Positions 47,455-57,249 of a DNA stretch of 64,000 nt are shown one piece after another. How positions within the stretch are numbered: position 1 is the first letter of the stretch; the number at the start of each line of letters is the position of its first letter. Below the pieces are notes generated by a model that saw nothing but the letters and a program-made list of their open reading frames with translations, was not told where the DNA came from and ran no database searches. Position numbers and translations under genes: made by a program. This DNA is from a virus, in IMG/VR virus record IMGVR_UViG_3300042567_000108, positions 1 through 64,000 of that record. One strand, written 5' to 3'.

Positions 47455-47470
47455 CGGAAGCGGGGACGCA

Positions 47471-48193
47471 ATGATTCAACCAAAAGAAACAGTAGCCATT
47501 GGCTGGTGCGATGGTGGTATGGTAGATGGTAAATTTACTGAGGGACTGATGTCTGCAGTAATTACTGGCGGGGCTAACAAGATGCCAATTAGTACATCCA
47601 TCAGAGTGCAAGGTAATCAAATTGGCAGACAACGCCAAGTTTTATTTGATTACTGGGCTGACAATATGAAGACTGACTGGCTACTATGGGTAGATTCAGA
47701 CATTGTTCTAACACCAGAAGTAATGCAGAAATTATGGGCAACTGCTGACAAGCATCACCGTCCTGTAGTAAGTGGCGTGTACTTCATCTCTAAGGAGAAT
47801 GAAGGCACATTGATGAAGCCATATCCAGTACTCTTTAATGATGTATCTGAGTATGAGATTCAGTATGTACACCCACTACCACAGAACGAAGTTATCAAGT
47901 GTGACTCAGCAGGATTTGGGCTAGTGCTTATGCACAGGTCTATCGTGTCCACTATGCGAGACAAGCATCCTAACCAGTCCCTATTTATGGAGACTGCAGG
48001 CGGAACCGATGACCAGTTTATCGGTGAAGATATCATCTTCTTCCGCAAGATGAAGGCTGCTGGTATCCCACTACATGCACACACTGGTGCTCTAGTAAAG
48101 CATATGAAGCGCTTTGCGCTTGACTATGATTACTATGGTATGTACTGGACAATGGATAGTATTCAAAAGAAAATGAAAGAACAACCAAACTAA
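47471..48193 (+). CDS. GT-A fold glycosyltransferase
   Basis: LWVDSD and GED--F motifs; homologue 11789-12538. Confidence 0.8.
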   Translation: MIQPKETVAIGWCDGGMVDGKFTEGLMSAVITGGANKMPISTSIRVQGNQIGRQRQVLFDYWADNMKTDWLLWVDSDIVLTPEVMQKLWATADKHHRPVVSGVYFISKENEGTLMKPYPVLFNDVSEYEIQYVHPLPQNEVIKCDSAGFGLVLMHRSIVSTMRDKHPNQSLFMETAGGTDDQFIGEDIIFFRKMKAAGIPLHAHTGALVKHMKRFALDYDYYGMYWTMDSIQKKMKEQPN

Positions 48194-48202
48194 GGAGTCT
48201 AC

Positions 48203-50419
48203 GTGGCTGGTCGTGATATTACCGAAGGTCGTGCAACGCGGGCAATTGCTGTTGATGTTGGTGTAGTTTCTACTACATCCATCTGGCAGAACACTGATGT
48301 AGCATACGATACTGCTATTGGCGGTATGCCGTTTATTTATGCTATCAGCGATGCACGTCCTTATATCCGACAGACTGCACCGTTCCGTAAGGAACAGTTC
48401 GACAATCAGACTGAACCAGGCGAGCAATCACTTACTGGTTGGTGGATTCGTAGTCAGCAGTCTTTCCACGGTGGAGACGGTATAACCTTTTACGACCCAG
48501 CCCAGACTGCATCTAACTCACCTGACCACTATCGCTTTGCCGATAGCAAGGGTGTAGATGTATGGACACAGGGTAAAGTAACGCTACTTAATAATGTTAA
48601 TGTAGGACACATTACAACTGGAGCAATCAAATCTAATGGTCGCCCAAATCAATACCTACGTTCGATTAGATGGAATGATACTCCAGGCGTTTTATTGGCA
48701 GATGAATATGATGTTGATAAGATTGATACCGATGGCAATGAGACACACTTCATTAACTACAATGCTGGCACAGATTCAGCGGTATATGCTATCTGCGACG
48801 ATGGAACATTTGCCTACTGGATTACTAACACATCAACCAAAAAGACTGTATACAAGAAGCCACTGACTGGCACTTCTGCATCTACAGCAGATGTTACACT
48901 GATGTTTGATGAGATTGGCACAATCAACAACGCTGCTATGGAGTATGTAAAAGAGCGTATTGTTATGTGCGCCGATAACAAGGTGTATGAGTTTGCTGCA
49001 TCTGCAGTAGCGATGCCAAGCCCTGTATACACACACCCATCAACAACCCATGTGTACACATCTGTTGCTGCTTCTGGTCCTGCCATTTACGTATCTGGCT
49101 ACAATGGAATCCAGTCTAGCATCATCAAGTTTACCCTATCAACTGCTGGCGTTATGCCAACATTGACATCTGCAATTACTGCAGCAGAGTTCCCAGTAGG
49201 TGAAATCGTACATAAGATTCACTACTACTTAGGTTATATGATTATTGGAACTAACAAGGGAATCCGCGTTGCAGTAGTTTCAGACCAAGACGGTTCACTT
49301 ACTTATGGACCTCTTATCGTAGAGACAAGCCAGCCTTGCTATGATTTTGCTAGCCGTGACCATTATGTATGGTGTGCAACTGGCGTAGATGGCGAACCTG
49401 GAGTTATCCGTATTGACCTAAGTCTACAGTTGGAAGCATTGCGCTTTGCTTATGCAAACGATATCTATTATGGTGGAGTTACAGGCCGTGTCACTACTGC
49501 TTGCGCATTTGCTAACGGCACTGACCAATTAGTATTTGCATCCACTGGTTTAACTGTTGGTGGCACAATTACCAATAAGGTTATGACATCAGGTGTTGCA
49601 ACACTAACAACCGCTACAGCCCATGGGTTGACTACTGGAGATGCTGTATGGGTAGAGGGAGTTGATTCTAACTTTAACTCTTCTACTGGTCCTTGGACTG
49701 TGACGAGTGCAACAACAACAACCTTTACATACACTAGCGCGGTGACTTCAACCGTGGCATCGACTGCAGTATCATCAGCGACAGCAGTAGCCAATACTCC
49801 TGGCTCTACATACATTCAAGATGACACAGAACTGCTACCAACTGGATACATACAGACTGGCTACATTCGCTACAACACGCTAGAGCCAAAGAACTTCAAG
49901 CGTCTTATTGCACGCGGTGACTATACCTATGGCTCAATGACACTGGAAACAGTTACAGCAGATGGCACTGAGTACGATGTCGTATCTTACGATGCGTCAG
50001 TCCCGCCAGTAGAAGTAACTACATCTAATCCACAAGAAGCACAGGAATATCTGGCTTATAAGTTCCTCTTATTCCGTGATGGTGTTGACAACACTAAGGG
50101 ACCAATCATGGAAGGCTATCAGGCTAAGTCGACTATCGCTACGCCTCGCCAACGTGTAATGAGATTCCCCGTCTATTGCTATGACGTGGAGACAGACCGA
50201 TACAACGTACAGGTTGGGTATGAAGGCAGAGCCTTCGATAGAATTGCCCAGCTAGAATCCATTGAAGAAAATGGTGACGTTGTAACTTGGCAAGACTTAA
50301 CCACAGGTGAGTCACGTCAGGCTGTCATTGAACAAATCTCTTTCACCCGCCTCACACCTCCAGACCGTGGCTTCACAGGCTATGGTGGTGTCATTGATAT
50401 CACGATTAGGACAGTCTAA
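48203..50419 (+). CDS. Putative tail nozzle / beta-propeller protein with inserted beta domain
   Basis: Homologue 8133-10133, plus an ~85-aa insert. Confidence 0.55.
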   Translation: MAGRDITEGRATRAIAVDVGVVSTTSIWQNTDVAYDTAIGGMPFIYAISDARPYIRQTAPFRKEQFDNQTEPGEQSLTGWWIRSQQSFHGGDGITFYDPAQTASNSPDHYRFADSKGVDVWTQGKVTLLNNVNVGHITTGAIKSNGRPNQYLRSIRWNDTPGVLLADEYDVDKIDTDGNETHFINYNAGTDSAVYAICDDGTFAYWITNTSTKKTVYKKPLTGTSASTADVTLMFDEIGTINNAAMEYVKERIVMCADNKVYEFAASAVAMPSPVYTHPSTTHVYTSVAASGPAIYVSGYNGIQSSIIKFTLSTAGVMPTLTSAITAAEFPVGEIVHKIHYYLGYMIIGTNKGIRVAVVSDQDGSLTYGPLIVETSQPCYDFASRDHYVWCATGVDGEPGVIRIDLSLQLEALRFAYANDIYYGGVTGRVTTACAFANGTDQLVFASTGLTVGGTITNKVMTSGVATLTTATAHGLTTGDAVWVEGVDSNFNSSTGPWTVTSATTTTFTYTSAVTSTVASTAVSSATAVANTPGSTYIQDDTELLPTGYIQTGYIRYNTLEPKNFKRLIARGDYTYGSMTLETVTADGTEYDVVSYDASVPPVEVTTSNPQEAQEYLAYKFLLFRDGVDNTKGPIMEGYQAKSTIATPRQRVMRFPVYCYDVETDRYNVQVGYEGRAFDRIAQLESIEENGDVVTWQDLTTGESRQAVIEQISFTRLTPPDRGFTGYGGVIDITIRTV

Positions 50420-50625
50420 TGCAACCACAAGACTACGCAACGGTAGCCGTTGCAGTACTTACAATTATAGGTGGATTCCTTGGAGCCGTTAAGTGGCTAG
50501 TCAAGCACTACCTCAACGAACTTAAGCCCAATGGTGGTTCAAGTGTTAAAGATTCCGTCATTAGACTGGAAGAAAAAGTAGAAATTCTATACCAAATGAT
50601 GTTACAGCGAGGGAAGAATGAATGA
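50419..50625 (+). CDS. Lysis-associated membrane protein
   Basis: Homologue 10138-10335. Confidence 0.7.
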   Translation: MQPQDYATVAVAVLTIIGGFLGAVKWLVKHYLNELKPNGGSSVKDSVIRLEEKVEILYQMMLQRGKNE

Positions 50626-51131
50626 AAATTGTTGTCAAGAAAGCCACACCTGCCGCTACTGCTGTCCTTCGACAAGCCACAGCGATAGCGCCCTCTCGTT
50701 TGAAAGTATCCGATGGACTTCTGCCGTCGAAAGCACATCAGGCACAGAATCCAACCAGCGACCATAACACAGGTCTTGCTGTAGATTTAACCCATGACCC
50801 TAAGCACGGCATCGACTGCGTCGATATCTTCCAGAAGTTAAAGGAAGACAAGCGAGTCAAGTACCTGATTTTCAAGGGAAAGATTTGGTCAAAGGAACGT
50901 GCAGCTGAAGGCGACCGTGAATACACAGGTAGCAACAAGCACAACAAGCACCTACATATTTCAATCAATGACGGGGCGGGCAATGATACTTCACCTTGGT
51001 TCTGGTGGCTTAATCAGCCTAAGGTAATCAATCAGGTGAAGGCGGTACTCACACCATCGCCAAGCAAGAAAACGTATAAGACTGAAGTTTGCACTTGTTG
51101 CAAAGTCCATGCGTCAAATCCTACGTCCTAA
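50622..51131 (+). CDS. Putative endolysin (M15-like peptidase)
   Basis: SDHNTGLAVD and HNKHLHIS motifs. Confidence 0.7.
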   Translation: MKIVVKKATPAATAVLRQATAIAPSRLKVSDGLLPSKAHQAQNPTSDHNTGLAVDLTHDPKHGIDCVDIFQKLKEDKRVKYLIFKGKIWSKERAAEGDREYTGSNKHNKHLHISINDGAGNDTSPWFWWLNQPKVINQVKAVLTPSPSKKTYKTEVCTCCKVHASNPTS

Positions 51132-51140
51132 GGAGGACTT

Positions 51141-51332
51141 ATGAATACAGAGAAACTAGTTGCTATCGCAGGCACATACCTACGTGCAGCTTTCGCATCT
51201 GTGCTAGCAATGTACATCGCAGGAATCACAGACCCTAAGGCATTAGGTTCAGCATTCCTCGCATCACTTGCTGCACCTATCCTAAAGGCTCTAGACTCTA
51301 AAGAGACTGCCTACGGCAAAGGCTCAGAGTAA
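51141..51332 (+). CDS. Putative holin
   Basis: Two hydrophobic helices; homologue 10926-11111. Confidence 0.7.
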   Translation: MNTEKLVAIAGTYLRAAFASVLAMYIAGITDPKALGSAFLASLAAPILKALDSKETAYGKGSE

Positions 51333-51365
51333 CCATTTAAGGGCCCTAGCAGGTCCATAGCAACA

Positions 51366-51412
51366 AGAAACCCCCCTTCCTAAGGTAATCACCCTAGGTT
51401 GGGGGGTCTTTT
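51366..51412. terminator. Intrinsic terminator
   Basis: ACCCCCC...GGGGGGT followed by CTTTT. Confidence 0.8.
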
Positions 51413-51426
51413 GTCGTTTCTAAATG

Positions 51427-51585
51427 TTACTTGATGTCATCATCGTCGGCTTCGAAGTCCTCAACTAGGTCTTGGAATGCCTTCATATCTTTCTTGAATC
51501 GGTACTGTCTGTATCTTTCAATCAGTTCTAAGTAGACATCGCGTACAGCGATGGCTAGTAATACTCCAAAGAAAACTTCTAACAT
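51427..51585 (-). CDS. Small membrane protein (52 aa)
   Basis: SD AGGAG; MLEVFFGVLLAIAV; not in the ORF track. Confidence 0.6.
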   Translation of the reverse strand: MLEVFFGVLLAIAVRDVYLELIERYRQYRFKKDMKAFQDLVEDFEADDDDIK

Positions 51586-51593
51586 AGTATCTC

Positions 51594-51668
51594 CTATAGT
51601 ATATATATTATATATATAATAACCCCCTTCGGGGGTTTATATTATTATATATTATATTTAATTATACA
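51594..51668. other. AT-rich tract around an AACCCCC-TTC-GGGGGTT hairpin (candidate origin)
   Basis: TATATA runs between divergent genes. Confidence 0.45.
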
Positions 51669-51730
51669 CATAGAATCTGACCATGTAAGTAAGCGACTCG
51701 GATATGCCTAGTGGCACCGATGTCCGAGTG

Positions 51731-51739
51731 TGTTATAGT
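51731..51739 (+). promoter_or_regulatory. Extended -10 promoter (TGT-TATAGT), probably leaderless
   Basis: Ends 6 nt before ATG 51746; no SD. Confidence 0.55.
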
Positions 51740-51745
51740 TATCTC

Positions 51746-51937
51746 ATGATACAACTTGGAGATTACGAATTACCTGAACACGTGAGTTACTCAGCGTTCA
51801 GTACCTATGTCGATTGCGGTTACCAGTACTACCTTGGTCGACTCATGCAGGTTCCTGAGGAACCATCAGTCTGGTCAGTAGGTGGCTCTGCCTTCCATAC
51901 AGCGACAGAAATGTGGGACTTAGAAAATGCAGAATGA
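51746..51937 (+). CDS. RecB/Cas4-like exonuclease, N-terminal part
   Basis: SYS-FSTY-DC-YQY and GSAFH motifs. Confidence 0.75.
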   Translation: MIQLGDYELPEHVSYSAFSTYVDCGYQYYLGRLMQVPEEPSVWSVGGSAFHTATEMWDLENAE

Positions 51938-52532
51938 ATTATGGGCTAAGGCCTGGGCACAAGAACTTGGTGACAAGGACCTGACCAATGCACGTGTTGG
52001 TGGTCGAGCAACCAAGGCTAACCCACAGAAGGAAGATGTTAACTTTTGGCAAGCGACTGGACCTCAATGGGTACAGGCGTACATTGATTGGCGTAAGGCT
52101 AACCCTAACTGGAAGCTGTGGAAAACACCACAGGGCGTACCAGCCATTGAGTTAGCGATGCTACCTGAATTTGCTGGCGTGCCAGTCAAGATGATTCTTG
52201 ACAGGGTGTTTGAAGTCAATGGCGAACTGGTTATCGTCGACTTGAAAACCTCTCAGCAAACACCAACCAATACACTGCAACTTGGATTCTACAAGGTCGG
52301 TATATTAAAGACCTTTGGTATCGATGTTAAGTGGGGGACCTATTGGATGGCACGTCAGCACGGTGTGTCACCTCTTGTTAGCCTCGAGCAGTACACAGAG
52401 GATAAACTTGAGTACCTTGTAGCAGGATTTGACAAGGCTCGTAAGGCTGGAATATTTTTACCGAACACAAACAACTGCCAATATAAATGTGGATTGACAG
52501 CACACTGTCAGTTCTCAACGAAGATAGGATAA
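51927..52532 (+). CDS. RecB/Cas4-like exonuclease, catalytic part
   Basis: LDRV, IVDLKT, QL-FY and C-terminal C---C-----C. Confidence 0.8.
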   Translation: MQNELWAKAWAQELGDKDLTNARVGGRATKANPQKEDVNFWQATGPQWVQAYIDWRKANPNWKLWKTPQGVPAIELAMLPEFAGVPVKMILDRVFEVNGELVIVDLKTSQQTPTNTLQLGFYKVGILKTFGIDVKWGTYWMARQHGVSPLVSLEQYTEDKLEYLVAGFDKARKAGIFLPNTNNCQYKCGLTAHCQFSTKIG

Positions 52533-52535
52533 CAA

Positions 52536-52952
52536 ATGGAAGAATGGAAACTACAAGTTAGTTACAAGACACCTGCTGGTGACATGATTAACGTCCGCGC
52601 TAACACTGCTGACGAACTAAGTGTGTTGCTTGAAGGTGTTGGTGACTACTCAACACAAGTAGCAGCGGTACAACGATTGGTTGTAGGTGCTTACAATGCA
52701 GCCCCTTTGGGGACCACGCCTTCAACTCCAAGCACTACGCAATTCACGTCCTCCGCTCCCAGCCAGGGGCAGGGTCCGTCACTTACACCTCCACCAAGCG
52801 CGGTAACTCCATCAGGAACAGCAAGTCCGACGTGCATACACGGAGCGAGAATCTTCCGACAGGGAGTGAGCAAAGCCAGTGGAAAGCCTTACGCTTTCTG
52901 GGCATGCCCAACCCCACAGGGGACACCCGACCAGTGCAAGCCAGTAAACTAA
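52536..52952 (+). CDS. Hypothetical replication protein with Zn motif
   Basis: Homologue 16431-16874. Confidence 0.7.
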   Translation: MEEWKLQVSYKTPAGDMINVRANTADELSVLLEGVGDYSTQVAAVQRLVVGAYNAAPLGTTPSTPSTTQFTSSAPSQGQGPSLTPPPSAVTPSGTASPTCIHGARIFRQGVSKASGKPYAFWACPTPQGTPDQCKPVN

Positions 52953-53033
52953 AACGTTGATGAGAGAACGCAGCTACCGACGCACACCACAGAAGTGGCT
53001 GCGTTCTTTCTACACAGAAGGGAATGAATCAGG

Positions 53034-53816
53034 ATGCGTACACTTGTCCGCTCAGTTGGTCGTTCCAGTATTGGTGGAGAACCGCTCCCTAGTTGCTTTA
53101 AGGCATTCGAAAGTAACAAGATTATCATTAGGCGCTCTGAGGTTTCGATGTTCGCAGCCGCACCTGGAGTCGGAAAGTCAACACTAGCACTGGCTTTAGC
53201 ACTGAAGATGAAAGTTCCAACACTTTACATCTCAGCAGATACCAATGCACACACGATGGCTATGCGATTAGCCTCAATGATTTCAGGTAAGTCACAGACT
53301 GACGTTGAAGCATTGATGAATACAGACCATGGTTGGACAAAGGCAACACTTGCAAAGGGTAGCCACATTGTATGGTCGTTTGAATCAGCACCAACACTAC
53401 AAGATATTGATGAAGAAGTGCAAGCCTTCGAAGAACTATGGGGTTGCCCACCAACATTGATTGTTGTAGATAACTTAATGGATGTAGCCACCGATGGTGG
53501 CGAAGAGTTTGCATCTATGCGTGCAATCATGAAGGAGTTGAAGTATCTTGCGAGGGCTACTAATGCTGCAGTGGTTGTACTACATCACACTTCGGAGGCT
53601 GTCCAAGGTAGCCCGTGTCAACCGCGCTCCGCTATTCAGGGTAAGGTTGCTCAACTTCCTGCTCTTATATGCACCCTCGGCGTTGTTGGTACTTCTATGG
53701 GTGTTGCACCTGTTAAGAATAGATACGGTAGAGCTGACGCAGGAGGAGGACTCATGACATGGGTTGCTTTCAATCCTGAGTACATGTTCATTGATGATAT
53801 ACCAGAGAATGTTTAA
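53034..53816 (+). CDS. DnaB/RecA-fold helicase-like ATPase
   Basis: AAPGVGKS, IVVD and KNRYG motifs. Confidence 0.85.
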   Translation: MRTLVRSVGRSSIGGEPLPSCFKAFESNKIIIRRSEVSMFAAAPGVGKSTLALALALKMKVPTLYISADTNAHTMAMRLASMISGKSQTDVEALMNTDHGWTKATLAKGSHIVWSFESAPTLQDIDEEVQAFEELWGCPPTLIVVDNLMDVATDGGEEFASMRAIMKELKYLARATNAAVVVLHHTSEAVQGSPCQPRSAIQGKVAQLPALICTLGVVGTSMGVAPVKNRYGRADAGGGLMTWVAFNPEYMFIDDIPENV

Positions 53817-53824
53817 GGAGAATA

Positions 53825-54001
53825 ATGCTAATGGAAAAGACGCTTAAGATTATGAAGCAAGAAGCATATGTCGAAGGTTGGCAAGATGCAGTAGCTGCAT
53901 TAACTAAAGAGTACGAAGATAGATTACGTTCAGTCATTGAGAAGTTCGAACTACCAAAGGAATACGAAGTAGATGACGACACGGAAAAGCCACAAGGCTA
54001 G
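53825..54001 (+). CDS. Small hypothetical protein (58 aa)
   Basis: SD AAGGAG; fills the gap; not in the ORF track. Confidence 0.6.
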   Translation: MLMEKTLKIMKQEAYVEGWQDAVAALTKEYEDRLRSVIEKFELPKEYEVDDDTEKPQG

Positions 54002-54341
54002 AGGTGCAACCTTTGAAACCGACATCAGAGATTGGTTTCGAGCAAATGGATACGATAGTGAACGACTTGCTCGAACAGGTGCAAGAGATGAGGGCGACGT
54101 TGTTGTCCGCAAAGACTTCCTTGGAAGCATTGGCATCATCGAATGTAAAGCACCAGGTGCAGGCAACGCCATTGACCTTAGTGGGTGGACGAAAGAAGCA
54201 CAGATTGAAGCAACGCATTATGCGGAAGCAAGGGGTATCGACCGTGACACCGTCCTCCCAGCGTTACTTATCAAGGCTAGAGGAAAGTCAATAGCAGATT
54301 CATATTTAGTATTACGATTAGGAGATGTATTCGGTGAATGA
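53973..54341 (+). CDS. Holliday-junction resolvase
   Basis: RG--FE, DEGD and IECK motifs. Confidence 0.75.
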   Translation: MTTRKSHKARGATFETDIRDWFRANGYDSERLARTGARDEGDVVVRKDFLGSIGIIECKAPGAGNAIDLSGWTKEAQIEATHYAEARGIDRDTVLPALLIKARGKSIADSYLVLRLGDVFGE

Positions 54342-54699
54342 TTTACCCAGCATCAAGGCTGTACTAGAACACTATGGTGCTAGTATGCGTCGCGACCATG
54401 GGCAAGTCAATCTTAAGTGTCCGTTTCATGGTGACTCACATCAAAGTGGAACGGCAAACTTAGACGAGAACTTATTCGTATGCTTTGCCTGCGGTGTACA
54501 AGGAAACAGTTTACAAATCATAGCACAACAAGAAGGATGTGACATACGTGGGGCAGCAAAATTCGCAGAAGGAACTCTTGGGCATAGCGTCCAAAAAGTA
54601 CCAGGAAAGCATCTATCAGGCAGAGGTCTACCTTCGAAGCAGAGGTATAACTCTGGAGGTAGCGCGGTTGGCACGATTAGGCGTAGTCGCGGAGCCTGA
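54334..54699 (+). CDS. Primase CHC2 zinc-finger subunit
   Basis: CPFHGD and CFACG; GTG start inferred. Confidence 0.85.
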   Translation: MNDLPSIKAVLEHYGASMRRDHGQVNLKCPFHGDSHQSGTANLDENLFVCFACGVQGNSLQIIAQQEGCDIRGAAKFAEGTLGHSVQKVPGKHLSGRGLPSKQRYNSGGSAVGTIRRSRGA

Positions 54700-55177
54700 A
54701 CCAGGACACGAACAATATACTGGCAGGCTTAGTATACCTTATGTAACTAAGTCAGGCATTGTAGACATACGCTTTCGCTCACTCAACCCTGCCGTTGAAC
54801 CTAAGTACATGGGTATGGTAGGAGCTGATACTAAGATGTACAATGTGTTAGACATTGAACGAGCAGGTGATTGGATTGGAGTATGCGAAGGTGAACTCGA
54901 TACACTTACTATGTCTCGTTGTGTTGGCATACCTTGTGTTGGAGTACCAGGTGCAAACAGTTGGAAGAAACACTACACACGATTGCTTGCTGACTTCGAA
55001 CGAATCTTTGTATTCGCAGATGGTGATGGGCCAGGCAGGGAGTTCGCAAACAGTTTGGCTCGAGAGTTGCCAGTCACCATTGTTGGATTCGGCGACGGAG
55101 AAGATGTTAATTCGGCATATACCAAATACGGAGCATCATTTATTAAAGAGAAGATGGGATTAACAAATGAAGAATAA
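54548..55177 (+). CDS. Primase TOPRIM subunit
   Basis: EGELD and DGD-PG; GTG start inferred. Confidence 0.85.
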   Translation: MGQQNSQKELLGIASKKYQESIYQAEVYLRSRGITLEVARLARLGVVAEPEPGHEQYTGRLSIPYVTKSGIVDIRFRSLNPAVEPKYMGMVGADTKMYNVLDIERAGDWIGVCEGELDTLTMSRCVGIPCVGVPGANSWKKHYTRLLADFERIFVFADGDGPGREFANSLARELPVTIVGFGDGEDVNSAYTKYGASFIKEKMGLTNEE

Positions 55178-55505
55178 GATTAATCCTTGTCCAGAATGTG
55201 GACAGCACTTTGATAATGTGTTCGAAGCAACAGACCATCTACTTGAAGATGATGAAGAGTTCGACCCAGCATTGGTATTGCCTAACGGCTATCGCCTTAT
55301 GATTGGTTCGTTGTTACGTTGTATGTACCGCTACGCAGAGCAACCTGAACAGATACGAACGATAACACAGGACACGTACATGACCCTGTTCTCCGCAGAG
55401 ACAGACCCAGGTACAGTACTTGAAGTTATTGAAGATATGATTGTTGGCTCTAGCATGGTAGGAATTGATGATGAACTTAAACAGCTACTCGAAGATGGAG
55501 AGTGA
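55167..55505 (+). CDS. C2H-type Zn-finger hypothetical protein
   Basis: CPECG--F-------DH. Confidence 0.7.
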   Translation: MKNKINPCPECGQHFDNVFEATDHLLEDDEEFDPALVLPNGYRLMIGSLLRCMYRYAEQPEQIRTITQDTYMTLFSAETDPGTVLEVIEDMIVGSSMVGIDDELKQLLEDGE

Positions 55506-55511
55506 AGAGAT

Positions 55512-55898
55512 ATGGCAGATTATCCAATACGTATCAGGACTGGGATTGAAGATACAGTCGTATCACAAGGAAAACACTCAGCTAAAAATAACTTTAACAA
55601 TACCGCTATTGCACGCGAAGTCCACCTAGAGGTGCACCTTAGCAACACAATCAATGAGTTGTCTGAGTTGTTGCTGAGCAAGCATAAGGACTATGGTCCT
55701 AAGAATATTTCCCAAGCACCAGGTGGTGCAATCAATGGTCTGCGTGTACGTATGCATGATAAGTTAGCACGAATCAATAACCTGATTGACAGTGGTGCAA
55801 ACCCTGAGCACGAATCCTTAGAAGATTCCTTCAAGGACATGGCTAACTATGCAATCATTGGGTTGCTGGTTTTACGAAAGCAATGGGACAATGACTAA
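55512..55898 (+). CDS. DUF1599 / nucleotide-modification-associated domain protein
   Basis: Homologue 13876-14169; start may be GTG 55632. Confidence 0.75.
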   Translation: MADYPIRIRTGIEDTVVSQGKHSAKNNFNNTAIAREVHLEVHLSNTINELSELLLSKHKDYGPKNISQAPGGAINGLRVRMHDKLARINNLIDSGANPEHESLEDSFKDMANYAIIGLLVLRKQWDND

Positions 55899-56301
55899 CA
55901 AATCTTCATTCGATTTAGACTTTGGATACGGACGCAAGGGCGAGCAGTTAGTAGATGAGTTGCTTACTGGTGGACGTACTGTCGAAGTAAAGCGTGACCG
56001 CAAGTGGGCTAAGACTAACAACCTATACATTGAGACTGAGTGCTTCTTCAAGAAGATTGAGGACTGGGCACCATCAGGGTTAGGTGTGACAGAAGCAGCA
56101 TACTGGGCGTTCGTGCTTGAAGAGAGCACACTCATTGTCCCAACAGATGCGTTGCGTTATGCAGTTAAAGAATTTGGTAGAGAGATTACGTGTAACATCC
56201 CACCTAATTTGTCTAAGGGATTCTTAATTACAGTAGATGATTTAATGTCAGCGACACGACTATACAAGAGAGCAAAGGCAGATGAACTGGCAACAAATTG
56301 A
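55891..56301 (+). CDS. PD-(D/E)XK-like nuclease-fold protein
   Basis: G--GE, EVK-D---T-N-YIE and SGL--T-A-YW motifs. Confidence 0.6.
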   Translation: MTNKSSFDLDFGYGRKGEQLVDELLTGGRTVEVKRDRKWAKTNNLYIETECFFKKIEDWAPSGLGVTEAAYWAFVLEESTLIVPTDALRYAVKEFGREITCNIPPNLSKGFLITVDDLMSATRLYKRAKADELATN

Positions 56302-56974
56302 GCCTTGGGAATATGTAATTACGGCAGTAGCCTCTGAATATCATCGTAAGTTTGACATGGTTGAACTCGAAGATATCAAGCAGAGTTTATATGAGTGGTT
56401 TGCTAAGCACCCTAACAAGGTGGCTGAGTGGGAGAAGATAGGTAACAAGGATGCAAAGAACCTTATCTATCGTAGCCTTCGCAACCATGCATTAGATTAT
56501 TGTCAGAGATGGAAGGCTAAGAGTGTCGGATATGACGTGTCGGATATCTATTACTATGAGGCAGATGTTGTAGAAGCACTGCTCCCTGCTGTGTTGCGTA
56601 GTGAGTATGGTGTTACTCATAAGTTAAACTTGGGTAGACCAGGGCGACCAAGCGCCCCTTCTGAGGGTGGAAACTTATCTGTCATGATGATGGAGATAGA
56701 CTCCGCATACTGGAAGTTGAGTAAGGAGGATAGAAAGATACTCTTCTTCCGATATGCAGAGTCTATGGACTACAAAGAGATAAGCAATTACTTATCACTA
56801 GGTAGTGATGACGCAGCACGCATGAGAGGTAACAGAGCTGTCAAGCGACTGGTCAATAAACTTGGTGGCTTCAAACCATTCTATGATAACGACATCATGG
56901 AGCCCACGGAAACAGAGCCATCAGAAGACTCATCATACCAAGAATTAGGTACACCGCAAGAGTCAGAACAGTAA
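56282..56974 (+). CDS. Sigma-70-like factor
   Basis: Homologue 12462-13136. Confidence 0.7.
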   Translation: MNWQQIEPWEYVITAVASEYHRKFDMVELEDIKQSLYEWFAKHPNKVAEWEKIGNKDAKNLIYRSLRNHALDYCQRWKAKSVGYDVSDIYYYEADVVEALLPAVLRSEYGVTHKLNLGRPGRPSAPSEGGNLSVMMMEIDSAYWKLSKEDRKILFFRYAESMDYKEISNYLSLGSDDAARMRGNRAVKRLVNKLGGFKPFYDNDIMEPTETEPSEDSSYQELGTPQESEQ

Positions 56975-57027
56975 AGAATGTTACCACTATGATTGCGAAG
57001 GCACGGAATGTACTAGTACTGCGCTTT

Positions 57028-57246
57028 CTACTCTGCATCAGGGTCAAACTCCCTGTCGAAGTCAACCTCTGAGTCTATCATCTCTTGTATCATACCTTCC
57101 AAGTCCAACTCTGCTGGGTCAACATGTAACGCTTCCCCATTTACATTGTAGAACTCTTCAATCTCTTTCATGCTAGCAAACTGTAGCTCATCAGACTGTA
57201 AGTCACAGGCTGAACAACCACCAGCTTCGCATACTTCACATACCAT
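57028..57246 (-). CDS. Acidic Cys-containing hypothetical protein
   Basis: SD GGAGG; CEVC---GCSAC. Confidence 0.7.
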   Translation of the reverse strand: MVCEVCEAGGCSACDLQSDELQFASMKEIEEFYNVNGEALHVDPAELDLEGMIQEMIDSEVDFDREFDPDAE

Positions 57247-57249
57247 TTG

